Shown piece by piece: positions 12,974 through 26,942 of a DNA stretch of 64,000 bases. The position numbers were made by a program, and so were the translations under genes. The DNA is taken from contig NC_057753.1 in the NCBI RefSeq assembly GCF_004010195.1, positions 1,811,930-1,875,929 on the forward strand. Reading direction: 5' to 3'. Within the stretch, counting starts at the first letter, position 1, and every line of letters starts with the position of its first letter. This stretch comes from Chiloscyllium plagiosum (taxonomy: Eukaryota). Below the pieces are notes generated by a model. The model worked only from the letters and a program-made list of their open reading frames with translations, did not search any database and was not told where the DNA came from.

Positions 12974-14101
12974 CTATGAAAAAGAGAGAAAGAGTGAATA
13001 CATGATATCAACAAATATGGACATAGTCAAATAAAGATAAAAACAGTAGTAATTACAAAGATAGAAGAATCCAAAGTTTGGACTGAAAACATTTCTGTCC
13101 AATGCAGACAAATAATCTCCATTTGGCAGTGAAGTCTCAGTATTATGTTGAATGGTAATAAGAATTCTTCACAGTAAGCGTTGTCATACTTTCTTTATAA
13201 TTCAGTTGCAGGACATCCACTTTATTTTGCTCATAGAAAATCTTAGATCTACGGCAGCAAATGCTGTCTGAAATATTGGCAAATCGAAGAAACAGTAATA
13301 TTAAAACTGAGAAAGAAATGGCCAGAAAGAAGCAGATGACATGTAAAGTAATGATATCCTAGAGTTTCACGTTGAAACAGATATCCAAGAAGAGATCTCT
13401 TAAAAATAAAAGAAAACTGACCTCTGAATGGAAAGAGATCTGGGATTGTAATTGGCAGTAATTTTAAAGTAAGGCAACAACGTTCTGTGAGAGACAAAAG
13501 TTTACTTATAGCTCTATTGGCAATGTTCTGGCTTTTGAATCCTATGATTTTGGCTTCTAATCCTACTGCAAGTCTTCAATACTGACTGAGTATTGCATTG
13601 TCCAATGTGTTGCATTTGTGTGAAACTAATAATATGGGAAATAAGAGAAGAATATACAATGTAACTGAACTGGCAAAAAGCCAGTAGAAATATCAAAACA
13701 TATCATTTTTTAATCTACACAGTAACGGAACTTTCTCAAATTTAACATGATTTTTGACTTGTTCCTTCTGCTGTCTCTGAGGCTGATTACCTATGATAGT
13801 TTAAATTGAAGGTCAGTTTGTCTCCGACTTTCAGATGAAGGACGCTTCATGATAATCTCAACCAGTGGAAGAGTTGAACCAAAATCTTGCCGTCCAGCCA
13901 TTTGAGCCAACTGACAGAATTGACCCCTTTACTATTGTATAACCTGAATAGACAATCACATTGAATTGAAACAGTTACAAGGCTAAGTCCGAAAAGACGA
14001 TGGGATCGCTTAGTGTGCAGTGTTACTACGTGCGCGAAGGGATAAACTGATGTTAGAAAATTAAAATAATTCTCATTTCATAAGTAACAGATATCCTTTA
14101 T

Positions 14102-14171
14102 TTGGAACCCTAACAGCAGCGAGGATTAGATAGGAAATAGTAAACACAAGCCCTTTTGGTAATACATGCTT
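14102..14171 (-). pseudogene. GPCR copy B, exon 1 homolog (start codon and splice donor lost)
   Basis: Reads KHVLPKGLVFTISYLILAAVRVP versus MHGIPKGLVFAIYYPILATIGVP in copy C. ATG>AAG at 14171-14169. The donor G|gtaaag has become A|ataaag. Confidence 0.88.
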
Positions 14172-16444
14172 TTCTGTCTCAAGGCTGCGGTCAAGTTTGG
14201 CACTGCAATGGATGGTAGTCAGATTTGTACTTGATGGAAGGCTCCAGGGACACAACGAGATGCCTTGGGGTTTAACAACAGTAGCAGTAAATGGGCAGTC
14301 AGGTTAGAGATATTTCTTCCCTAACCATCTTAAATTTTGATAGAATAGAAACTTTATTCATGGGCACTGGCAGTGATCTCAAGTGAAACACTTACAGGTG
14401 TTATCTTCTTGAATTAAAAAAAATGACGAAACATATCCTCATAAATGTGTACTAGAGTGCTTTGCATGAACTTCGCTTGTCTATCAATAAGTTATCTCTG
14501 ACCTGAAATATTCAGCGGCGTTTCTTCTCCCTGATCATTATTCACTACGTTTAATGAAAGGTTTACGTCTCTGTGATTAGGTTCAGGTCTCGCTGAAACT
14601 GCATAACCACTGTAAATAAGCAGTCCATGCACACTTTACGGACTTTCACATTGTATGTGTTGCTGCTTTCACAAGGCTGGCTTGTTTTTACGATTACTCC
14701 TTATGCAGATTGGATCAGATGAAAACATTATATGATATTTCGACACGCAAGCTCATCTTGACCAGATTCAATTAAGCCTACACAGCTCCAGTTCAGCGGT
14801 ATTATTAGAATTGAAATTCGCTGCTTCTAGTCAACGCATTTAGAGTGGGTAAGACTGTTTAGTGTGGTGATATTAGATGCGTACCATTGCATTCACCCTG
14901 CGTGCACTATGTCACTGTGTTTATCTTCAATACCAGAGTTGCGTGAGGCAGGGTGGGTTGAAATCCATTCATTAATCAGACACGGAGTAGTCCAATTTCA
15001 CAAGTTTAAATTAAATGCAGACAGGCTCATTCAGTACTCTCCCATAACAAAAGGACAGATCGATGTCCTCCTCGGGGTGCATTTAGTCAGAGCAGAACCG
15101 TGCATTTGAGCACAATTCATTCTAACATAGACAGAATCATTTTCACAAGTGAATGTGACTGTGAAACTGTACCAGCTAATTTAGTTGTTAGTGCACTGAA
15201 AACAATGCATTGTGAAAATTTACCTTGTGTTGGGAATTCCGATGCAGTTCGGACAACATTTGTATTCAATGTGCACGAGTTCAGTTTTGCACACTTCCGT
15301 TCATCATACACAGGCTTAGTTCTCCACACGTACATTCAACGTGCACACGATTAATGTTGGACACTTGACTTTATTATGGTGAGTCTAGTGATAGTGTTAA
15401 TTTTACTGTCAGAAGTGCTCAACTAGTTCCTAATCAGAAGTTTACACTGGAGCCGCAAAAGCTGCTCTTATGCTGTTTAGAAGGTCGTCAGATGGGAAGT
15501 ATAGATAAAGTAAAAGAAAGGTCGGAGTTGTTTTTTAAGGTCTTGAGAAGTGTCCTTAAAGCAGAGACATTGTCGTCTCAGCAAGTCCTGTGAGCAAAAT
15601 TGTCGAATTTGGTTCAATATTGAAACAACCCCCGCCCCCCCCCCACCACCCCGATTTGAATTTCATAGCCACATCGAAACCTGCACTCTACACCCTTTAG
15701 TGACCTTGTTGAGTTTCAGTGTGTCCCTTACGCGTGCAGTTTGACACAGAATGTAGGTTTATGCATAAGTTCACTGCTTTTTGGTGTTGTTATTCAAAGC
15801 TACCTGCCCCACTGCGCTAGCTGGTCTTAAATGTGCATCAGTCAATGAGTTTATGTCAAAATATTGATCTGTTGCAATTTTTCCTTCTTTATCTCCCAGC
15901 ACTTATCGTTCTGTTGGCCAATATTACAATTTGCTATGTGCACATTTACAAACTTGTTACACTATCATTACATACTTCTAACATTGGTGGAGGTCCTGAA
16001 ACTTAATTTTGCAAAGAAAAATAGAAATTGACTAAGAAATCAGAAGGCTTAACGGCATCTGTGAAGAGAAAACAAAAGGTTTAATGTAATCAATGAAGAG
16101 TAAACATTGTTAACAATTCAAATAAGTATAAATTAATTTTGCATCACCTACGTCTTCTGCTTGTTCCGCATATGGCTTCATATTTCCTTAAACCATGGCT
16201 TATTTGTTAGGCATAAATATTTCAATTGAACCAGAGAAGTAATGTTGAATAACAGAAAATGATTTGCGAATAAGTTAGGAATGTATCTTGCATTATCGAT
16301 GCAGGAATACCCAGACAGCTTCGCCTGGAGTCTGAACTTGTTTGTGACTCCAGGTACACCACGACGTGCTAGCTGATTAAAACATGTCAATTGTTCTACA
16401 GGTAACACTATATGAGCTACTAATGTCTTAGAAATACGAAAGGA

Positions 16445-16705
16445 ACAGATAGCACTGTTTACTTTCAGTGCTTAGGGCAAGGGTTTGATACCAATCTCTC
16501 TTTGTGGAGTTTCTGTACTCCAGGGTGAGTTCCCGTTGGGTGCTCTGGTTTCGTCCCACAGTTCAAAACTGCATCAGTTAGCAATTTAGGTGTGGTGGGG
16601 AAGGGAGCAGAATTACCGAGATATTGCAGTTGGTCTGTGTGGTTTGTTCTTCAGAGAGTCGGTGTGATCTCGAAGTGTGAATGGCCTGCTTCCAGACTGT
16701 CTATG
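16445..16705 (+). mobile_element. Degenerate HE1/V-SINE
   Basis: tagcactg...tgtggagtttctgtactcc...gggtgctctggtttcgtcccacagttcaaa...aatggcctgcttcc. Confidence 0.6.
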
Positions 16706-17569
16706 AACTGAGTGAGTACTCTGGCTGCATGTTCATGAATTTTGACATTGCTAATACTATTGTAAAGGCGGAATTTGGGTTCGTAAAAAGAATTGGATGG
16801 CAGAAAACCAAAAAGGAATAAATAAGCGATGGGTACGGCTCACAGGAGTCATCGTCCAGCCATAATGGATGTATACTGGGTTGATGGGTCGCCATGTGAG
16901 ATTCTAGTTGCAATCTTTCAATCCTCCTGCAATACTGGCAGAATGACAGATGAACGAAGGGTTGAATATGTTCCATCTCTGAAAATAAACTGAAAGAATA
17001 AACCAAACAATCATGAGCAAGTGACCCAAATTCAGTCTTCGGGGTCAATCTGTAGAAAACATTTTCTGTGATACAATTACATTTCACTTGGAAAATCGTG
17101 AGATAATAAATGGCATTACATATTAGTAAAATTAAAGCTCATTGGATTTACAAGCCTTGGCAGTCACAGTGTTTGCACAAAATTGGATATGGTACAGGAA
17201 ACATGAATTGGTGGCGAATGGTTGTTCAACAAATTTAAGGCACGTACTCTATGGGTATTCAGGTCACTGTTCTTTTCACATAGATCAGGAACGTAGGTAT
17301 AATTTCAAACATTGCAGGTGACTCATAATCTTTAAATGTAGTACACAGTGAGAAAGAAACAACAAATTTCAGGAAGGCATAAATTACAGAAAGTAGCAGA
17401 TAGACAACAATTCTGAGAAGTGCGGAAATGCATTTTTGGAGGAAGAATGAGAATAAGCAATTTAAAATCAGTGGTACTGCACATGTTTGCCTTGAGTGCT
17501 ATTACCTTTACAAAACCGTGCAACGTCTGAGAGAATTGAATCATTTTACTCTGTTGTCATGTTGCCACT

Positions 17570-18260
17570 GGGTCGTGTTGAGAACAGAGATACCAAGGGG
17601 TTCAGGGACATAAATCCTTGAAATGTGCTTGCAGAGGGACACGGTGTCTAAGGTAGCGTTTTGAATGCTTGTCCTCCTTGCTCATAACTTTGTATATAAG
17701 AGTTGGGACGTCATGTGAAGGTTGTACAGGACGTTGATGAGACATCATTTGGAGTACTGTATGCTCTCTGTCCGCCCTGTTATAGGAACAATATTATTAA
17801 CATGGAGAATGTTCAGAGAAGATTTACCGAGATGTTACAGCGAATGATGTTTGAGTTCTAAAAATAGGCTGGATAAGCTGGGATTTATTTTAACTGGAAT
17901 GCAGGAGATTGAAGGATCTCCTGGTAGAGGATTAGAAAATCACGAGGGTTTGTTTAAGAGGAATAGCAAATGTTTTTAGCCTCATGTGTTCAAAACTAGG
18001 AAACATATTTTTCAGGTGAGGAGAAAGATTTAAAAAGGACACGAGAGGCAACCTTTTTACACGGTGAGTGGTTAGTATATGGAAGGAAATGGATTGTGGA
18101 AGTAGTGGATCCGGGTACAGTTACAACGTTTAAAAGATATTTGGCCAGTTTTGGAGGCATTAGTCAGATGGCACTAATATGGTAAGAGAACATTGCCGGC
18201 TTGAGCCTGCTTGGACTGCATGGTGTGTTTTCATGCTGTATGACGCTATGACTGCGTATG
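17570..18260 (+). mobile_element. CR1 LINE 3' fragment
   Basis: Degenerate CR1 C-terminal coding sequence (ttgtacaggacgttgatgagac...ggagtactgt; ttacaacgtttaaaagatatttgg) and a tail tgctgtatgacgctatgac. Confidence 0.7.
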
Positions 18261-20539
18261 AAAAAGAGTAAAAGGTCCAAGATGTCTCGAACATATGCAC
18301 ACACCGTGATCAATGCTTCCATTTGGTAGAAGTGGCTTTAGTTTAGGCAGAATTTGTTCAATGTGTCTACGTGTTCAGACAGGAACAACAAGAGCTCTCA
18401 CTCTGAGCTGCAGCACTGACAGAGCTTTACGTTCTGTATGTCATTGTGGAAATATATTATGAAAGAACGATTTTAGAATGTTTATAACATTTTCCGTGAC
18501 ATAGTCTTTTCGATTCCTCTTTTACACTGTAATTCCCGGTAATAAACATCTCAATGAAGTAGACGTGAAATAATCTAGCGTCACCTTCATGTCTCTTATT
18601 GGTGACTTAAAGAGTCGGAAGGTACTTCACCAGAGCGCATATACTGCACTTGCTTCGACTCCTTGCTAAGTTTGTTTCTTCTCCACTTTTATAGCCAGAA
18701 AAAAAGAAAGATGCAAATGGATTTGATAGCTTCTCTGCCATTTTCCCATATCAGATAGAGTATCGTTTGACCCAGTCCTTTCAAGCAGACGGCTATGCCA
18801 TTGTGAGAGACTGAGATTTTCGACTGATCTGCGTTTGAATATCGACTCAATCCTATTGTTGACTGAATGAACAGGTGAAGAGTCCAGCCACTGTAATGCA
18901 TGAAAACGTTGGAACTGAATTTGAAAGATGCTTCATTTCGAATCATTGTTTAAAGCGAACAACTAAATCTGAAAAAAATGTAGAGTTCGTGCTTTTTCTC
19001 GTGAACTTATCTGAATGTATGTTCTCGCAGACACATGAAACTAATTGCTCACCACGTCTCAAAATGCATTCAGCTTATCACCTTTGCATAGGCTTTTGAG
19101 ATCTCGTGTACAATAGATGTTGGGGGTCGAGATTCCTAATCACCAAATTAAATGGCAGAGCAAGATCAGAAGTCTTACAGTTCTACTGCTGCCCCTAGAT
19201 TGATGTTATATTGCAGTAGCAATGCTCGAGGCAACCGTTCTTTATTAGATTTAATTTATTATTTCACGGAATGGGGATGTCACAGGTTCAGTCAGGGTTT
19301 GTCGTCGATTTTAGAGTTATTGCATTCACGTGCTGTATAGACCTGATAAAGGGAGCAGTTAGCTTCCCTAAAAGACATAATTAAACCGAAAAACATTTCA
19401 TAGTTATCTTCGACACTTAATTCCAGATTTACTATGAAATCAGCACAGCACCTACCTCAATGACGGGACTTGGACTAGGGATCCCAGAACATGATCTTGG
19501 TCTCTGTAAATTGCAACAACAATTCAGAAATGTTTCGCCCATATCCTGGTGCTACGAGTTGTTTGAGAGGTTAAGGCTATCAAAAGCAAATCTTGTTTGT
19601 TATTCACTGGTTGGCTCATCACACTGTCATCGCCATTTCAGGGAGTATATATCTCTATATTCTTTCATGATGCTTGCCTACCTTTTGTCAGGGCTCAAAG
19701 CTTTTAATTGTCAATGGATATTGCTAATAATATTGTTAATGTTATTATAAAGAAGAAGCTTAAGATGGTAAAAAAGAATTGGATGTGAGGAAAACAATCA
19801 GGAATAAAAAAATGACAGGTACAGCTCACAGTCGTCATCATCCAGCCAGAATGGATGCATACTGGATTGATGGGTGGAAATGTGATTTTCTCGTAGCAAT
19901 CTTTCAATCCTCGTTCAATACTGGCAGAGTGACAGATGAATGAAGGGTTGAATGCATTCCAATGCTGAAAATAAATTAAAAGTATAGACCAAGCAATCAT
20001 GAGTCAGTCACCCATATTCAGTCTTTGTGGGCAATCTATAGAAAACATAATCTGTGATAGAATTAATTTTCACTTAGAAAATCATGAGATAATAAATGAA
20101 GTTACCTATTAGTAAAATTAAACTCATTTGATTAACAAGCCCTGGCAGTCATAGTGCTGATACAAAATTGGATGTGGTAGAGGAAACAGAAAAAATATAC
20201 TACTTTTCCATTGACTAGATGATTGAGAAAAAAAAGATAAAACATATGTGAAGAGAATTCAACGTTAACGTTTTGGATTCTCTGACCCTTCTTCAGAACT
20301 GCTGGTAGTTAGGAAAATATTGGTTTATATGCAGAGAGGTGGAAGACGTAAGGAGAAATCAGTAGGTAAGGATAGAGGCCAAAGAGAAATGAACAGTTCA
20401 ACAGAGCAAACACCTCATCAACTACTAGGATGGACATGAAATTAGCATCATTGGGCATGAAAAAGGATTGACATCCCGTCGGAAAGAGGAACGACACTTC
20501 TTCAAGGTGTCAAGAAGAGATACAACAGTGAATTAACGT

Positions 20540-22290
20540 AGAATCAAAGAGTCATAGAGTCCTACAGTACGGAGACAGGTCCTTTGGCACAAACTGGTCC
20601 ATGCTGATCAAAATGTCCATTGATGCAAACTCAATTTTCCTACACTTTACCCATATCCTTCTAACCAATTCCTATATATATATATATATAGAAATATATA
20701 TATATATGCACGCATGCCTTTTAAGTGTTATTAATGTACTCACCTCAATCGCTACACTGGCAGCTCATTTCATATGCATACCACCCTCTGTGTAAGAATG
20801 TTGCCCTTCAGATTCTCTTTTATTCTTTCCCCTCTAAACTTAATCTGATGCACTCTAATTCTCGATTCTCCAATCCTGAGAAAATGTGAGAGTGCATTCA
20901 CCCTATCCATGTCTCTCATGATCTTATTAAACTCAGTAAGATTCCTCCTCAGTCTCCTGCGCTCTCAAGGAAAAGGTAATAGCTTGTCCAATCTATCCTT
21001 ATAACTCAGACAATTCAGCCCAGGCATCATCATTATAAAGGGCTTTTGTATTCTTTTTAGTTTAATAAGACTCTTCCTACAGCAAGGTGAACAAGAGGGA
21101 ACACAATGCTCCAAGTGCAGCCTCACCAACGTCCTGTGTAATTGCAACAAAACCTTCCAAATACTACACTCAATGCTCTGACTGATGCAGGCCTGTGTGT
21201 CAAAAGCCTTCTTCACTGCCCTGCCTCCCTGTTACTCCCCTTTATGAGAACTGTAAACCTGAATTCCAAGATCCCTCAGTTCCAATATATTCCCGAAGGC
21301 CTTACCATTCTCAATGAATCTCCTTACTTGATATGACTTCCAAAGTGAAAGACCTGACACTTACCTACGTTAAACTTCACTTGCTATTTCTCAGCAGACT
21401 TCTCCAGCTGATCAAGGTCCAGCTACAATTTTGATAAAATTCCGAACAGTCCACGATACTGCTTATTTTTGAGTCATCACCAAATGTACTAATCATGCCT
21501 TGTACATTCTCACCCAAATCAGTTATATAGATGACAAACAGCAATGGACTGAGCACTGACCCCTGAGGCACGCCACCTCATAGGCACCAGTCCGACAAGA
21601 ATTCTTCCACTACTGCCCTTTGCTTACTACTGTCAAGAAAATTTTGCATACAATTTGCCACCTCGCCCTGGATTCCATGCGATCTAACCATTTCAAAGCA
21701 GTCGATCAAGTATAACCTTATGAAAGGCCTTACTGAAATCCACACAGACTACGTCGAATGCCCTGCCCTCGTCAACCTTCCTGGTCATTTCATCAAAGAA
21801 CTTTAACAAATTTGTGTGACATGATCTCCATTCACAAAGCCATGCTGAGTATTCCCAATTATATCCAAACTTTCCAATACATGTATACCTGATCTCTTAG
21901 AATCTGCTGAATTACCTTACCACCATAGGTGTTAAACTTATTGATGTATCGTTCCCAGGCACTTCATTGTAGCCTTTCTTGAAGAGTGGCGCAACATTTG
22001 CTATCTGCCAGTCTTCTAGGACCTCACCCATGGCTAACGATGATGCAAAAATATCAGTCAGGGCTCCCGGAAATTATTGTCTAGCATCTTGCCGTGTTCT
22101 TGAATGTGTCTGTTTGAGACGAGGAGACTTATTCAAATTCATACATTCTAATACACCAACCACCTCCTCTATACTGGCATGGACTGTGCCCAAGATATCA
22201 GCATGATATCCCAAGCTCACAAGTGTTCACATCTTTCTCCACTGTAAACACAGAGGAGAAATATTTATTGAGAGCCAAATCAAGTATAAT
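20540..22290 (-). mobile_element. CR1 LINE ORF2 RT fragment with 3' tail
   Basis: PQGSVLSPLLFVIYITDL...FGDDSKI and LHRTLVRLHLEHCV in minus-strand translation. Tail (gagtcata)n near 20550. Confidence 0.85.
20673..20707. repeat. Interrupted (TA)n microsatellite
   Basis: tatatatatatatatatagaaatatatatatatat. Confidence 0.9.
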
Positions 22291-24522
22291 AGCATCTTTT
22301 CTATCGCAGGAAGAATTTAATACAGTATTCCAAAACTGGCTGAACCAATCTTGTTGATCATTTAGCAGACTTAATAAGGTACTGGAATATGACTCAATAA
22401 GGCATATTCCAGTACCTTATTGATATGGTTACGTGCATTAGCATACTGAGATGATTCACTCTGGTATAAGCTTGATTTAAGAGAGGCCTTTGATCAATGC
22501 TTGAAAAACATTAACAAATGACTGCTTATGAGGAACTCAGCGCCATGAAGAGAGCCAGAGAATAAGTGGAAAAAGTGACTTTTTTTAAGCTTATTTCAGA
22601 GAGGGAGTGAACAGAAGAATGAAGTCTTGCGAGAACTGGAAATAAATGGGTAGTTATATAGCAATTTATTTAACATATCTCAATGTTCATCACATCAATC
22701 GTATTACCGTCAATAACACTCTGTTACCTCAACAAAGCATGCCACAGAAAATCTTGGGAGATAAATTAGTCATAATGCATTTGTGGAAGCTTTCCTGAAT
22801 TAACAAACACGTGTCTGAATGGCAGTTAACTATTTAACAAATTAACATTTCTAAAACGTTTCCTTCTACCAAAATTAAACTAACCCACCCCCGGTTCTGC
22901 TTTTAACCTTTCATTGATGATGGTTGAAGAATTAATAGTATTTGTCAGGAGTTGTGAATTAAATAAATGAAACGATTAAATTCTATTTGCAGTTCAATAT
23001 CAAATGATAAAGAACTCGATAATCAATCAAATTTCACAAGATATAAACTACCAATCACAAATGGAGATTTTTAACTGAATGACAGAGGAAGTTCTTTTGT
23101 CATTATAGAATAAAAAAGAACAGCGTGGAGATCTAAAATTTGGAATACGAGGAGAAAATGCTGGAAACGTTCAAACGTGCTGACAGATTTAGAATAGACA
23201 GATATTGGTTCACATTTACGGCTCTGAGCAAGAGAGGTGGTTCTGGGAGTAGATGCAGGGGGGAGGTCGGATGAAGAACAAAATAAAAATTCGGTGAAAA
23301 TTGTGCAATCAATGAGATCATTCAAACCACATAATATGCGTTGGCATGATGTACGAATTGAAGCCGTTAATGTAACGACAATCATACAAGATCGAAAAAA
23401 GAAAAGAAAATCACAGACAAAAACACCATATGAAATGAGATAGAAATTAAATAACAAAAATGTTGAATTTTGACCCCTCATGTCTGAATATTGCCTCCTG
23501 GTACTGCCCAATTCCGATGAAAAGTCACAGATGTGTTACTTTTCCCTCTCCAGTAGTCACCTTTAGATCAGGAGATAACGGCGACCCCTCGTCTCCCTGG
23601 CTCCCCAGAGACTGGCATTGGATGGTCTCATATCTGTGCAGCACTGTTTGCACGGTCAGGAGACTGCGACCTGGTAGGTTGTAAATTTCTCCTTCTCTCG
23701 TACTAGATGACAAATAAATCAGTGGTGATACGTGACTTGAAAGTTTTGACAATCACACAATCCTGCAATGCTTGTTCTTCTACGTGGTGGGGTTGAGCAC
23801 TCTTTCCAGTTCTGGTCCAGTAATAGACATAGTAAATCCTTCATTGCTGCCTCTCTGACCTCTCCATCTCCTTCTGTTGCTTGATAGTGTTGACTGGTTC
23901 CCGCCCCTGAAGGACATCAGTGAACTCGTTTGGTCACCAGTGACAATCCAGCAGTGTACATGGTAATTTTGTTCCTCTCAGTGCCATCTCAACACATTAC
24001 CAGATTGATTCACTCTATTTCACTATTAGTCTGTGGTTTTTGGATTATCTAGCACTGATTACTTTTGTCTTTTGTAATAAATCATTTTCGCAAGACATTA
24101 AAAGGGTAAATTTGCAATCAGGAAACTCAGTGCAGACATGGTGGCATAACAAAATCACAGCATACACTCTGTTCTTTACTGGAAGACTTTGGATTGAATT
24201 TAAGGGAGCAGCCCATAACCAGCAAGATTTGCAACATAAGAGATGTATTGAAAAATTAATAGAAACCTCTTTCATGATATTCAACACCACTGAGAAATTT
24301 GTGAACCGCCATAATGTCCTGTTTTCTACAATTCTTATATCTCAGCTTATCATAATATTCTGAGGTGAGAATATTTAAATATTGAGATGATGAGTCTGGA
24401 GATATCTTAGTGTTCACTACTTTATACTTCTTGAAAATTTTCTTGTCTTTTTAATTGCATGTGCTTTTACAAACAACAACTGGTGTCTCTTGAGGAACTG
24501 CAAATGGCGCATTTTCATATGA

Positions 24523-25433
24523 TCATGGTTTAAATCTTCTAAACACTAGCATCAGGGGAAATTTCACTAATTTCTTTAACTGCTCTCTGAATTTACTCTG
24601 CGTCCCTGCATAAATAAATGGGTTGATACAGGAACTCAAAAGCTGAAGCATATACCCACCTTCGTCAAGAATAAAGTTTGATTCATTGTAATTTGAACCT
24701 GAGAAGTAACTGACATTCGCAATTTGAACATAGAGGAAAGTCAGGAGAACTAATAAATACGACAGGAGGAAAGTGCCCGAAATGGCGAAGAGTAAAACAA
24801 TGGACTTTCTCCGTTTTTCCATCTCCGGGTCACTCTGATCCTTTCCATTGCTGCGGCTCCAGAGTCTCCTCCGGGCTCTACTGGCCGATAGAATGTGCCT
24901 GACAGTGAGGACATTGAGCAGCAAAATCAGAATAAATGGAATACAAGGGTTAAAAACTACTATCATCCAATCAAATACAACCCAAAAGGGTGAGGTATAA
25001 TATATTGACTTCAGGCTGCAATACCAAGGTACATTGTTAGTGATAAACAATGGTTCATATGAAAAGTACAAGGGGATGTTTCTGATACAGCTTAGAATGC
25101 AGACCGTCGCTATAATCATAATTGCTACTTTCTCAGTGCAATATTTCATTTTCATTTTCTGACAACAAATGGCAATGAATCGATCTAAGGTGAAAGTGAC
25201 AGTTACCCAGACAGATGAATCTCTGACTCCATAAATAAACATAAGACTGCCACTGCAGACTGGGGTGAGGGACAGGAATGTCATTTGGAAATAAATACCC
25301 ACAATCCGGTTTAATATCACGGCTGTGATGATGACCAGGACATCCATTACAGCCATGGCTACCAGATAACATACGATGCATTTGGAAAGACCACAACACT
25401 CCCGTGACAAGATAGCAATCACCGAAAGATTAG
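24523..25433 (-). CDS. GPR139/GPR142-like class A GPCR copy C, exon 2 (intact, 303 aa from ANLS)
   Basis: Open 7TM frame with TM2 AMAVMD, TM3 Cys (TPVC) and DRF, ECL2 PWYC, TM5 NPCIP, TM7 NPFIY and helix 8 KFR. Polypyrimidine acceptor ttttatttttcaaag|CT at 25435-25434. The MYLLFFK start in the ORF track is intronic. Confidence 0.92.
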
Positions 25434-26942
25434 CTTTGAAAAATAAAAGATACATGAGAGTGATTATATGGTGTCAACAAATATAGGTGCAGCCAAACAA
25501 AGACAAAAAAAAATACATCTGGTAAGCAATGTCAAAGAGAGAAAAGAGTTCAAGTTTTGCCTGATAATATTTGCATGCACCTGTAGAAAAGACACTAATT
25601 GGCAGAGAACACTCATAGCCAGATCATTTTATCAGTTTTATACTGACGTTGTTTCTTTGCAATTCAGTTGCAGGAAGTCCAGTCTAATCCACTCTTGGGA
25701 AACTGGTACAGAGGAACAGTAACAATAATCAGATGTTGGCAAATTGAAGAAGCGGTCCAAAAAGAAGCAGAAGACATTGAATGTAAAGAAATGCCAAGAC
25801 CTTCACGTTGATGCATATATCCATGAAGGGATCACTAAACTCATTTCTAAAGTGAAAGAGATCTGGTATTACACTTAATAATGATTTCAAACAAAAACAA
25901 CACCGGTTTGTGACAGACAATAAAGCAACAGAACAGATGAATTCCAAGTGTAGCTCTTTTGGCAATGAGCACTCTTTTGGGTCCAAACGTTTGGCTTCAA
26001 ATCCTACTACAATACTTCAGTATTGACTGAGTATTGCACTGTCCAAGGTGCTGTCTTTATGTAAAACCAATAAATGGACGACATCGGAAATGAGAGTACA
26101 ATATGAAGTCTAACAGAAGTATCACATCGCTGCCGTTAATATTCCATCAGCAACAAGTTGTACAGCATGCTAAAATTGGTGTACCTCAGTAACTATGCAG
26201 ATAAAACAATGATATATTTGCAGTGTAGTAATTAATCAACAATTATACTGCTCCAAATAACCGAAATACAATTGCATAACATTCCCAGTGAGATAACACA
26301 CGTGCAGTGCTTGTGTTAGGAATACAACAGATGAGTATTTCTAACTTCTAAGAAAAAATAATAAACCATAAAAGGGGAAAAAATGATATTGCTCAAGGAA
26401 ACGGTGCATGCTAACAATGTAAAGAAGCTATACAATTGAAAAGGAGAAATTAAGTCATAAAATGCAGAAAATAACGTAGAAATTCATTGAAAACATTTTG
26501 TTGGTGAAATTGAAATTAATGTTCTTAAAAAGGTGAGGCATTCTAAACCAACGCAGGTGACATTAGCATTCTCTTACTGGATCACAGGGATTCTCTCTTG
26601 TGAGACAGAAACCACTCACAATGGTATAACCTGAAGGTCACGACACCTCAGGCAAGGTGAGAGGTTGAGAGAATCCTTCATGGTAAGCTCAGCTAGTGCA
26701 AGATTTGAAACAAAAACATGCTGTCCAGCCAACTGAGCTAACTGACTTCCTCAAAATTGTGGACCCCAAATAGCCAACACCTTTGAATATAACCAAATTG
26801 CTGGTATGAATACCAAAGAAAAACATTATGACTTCATTGGGACTGCACTATTGATAACTAAGTGAAGGTGTACACTGAGATTAGAAATTTAAAGAATCTC
26901 TTAAAAATCATTATTATGTAATAATTGACGGATGTCCTTTAC

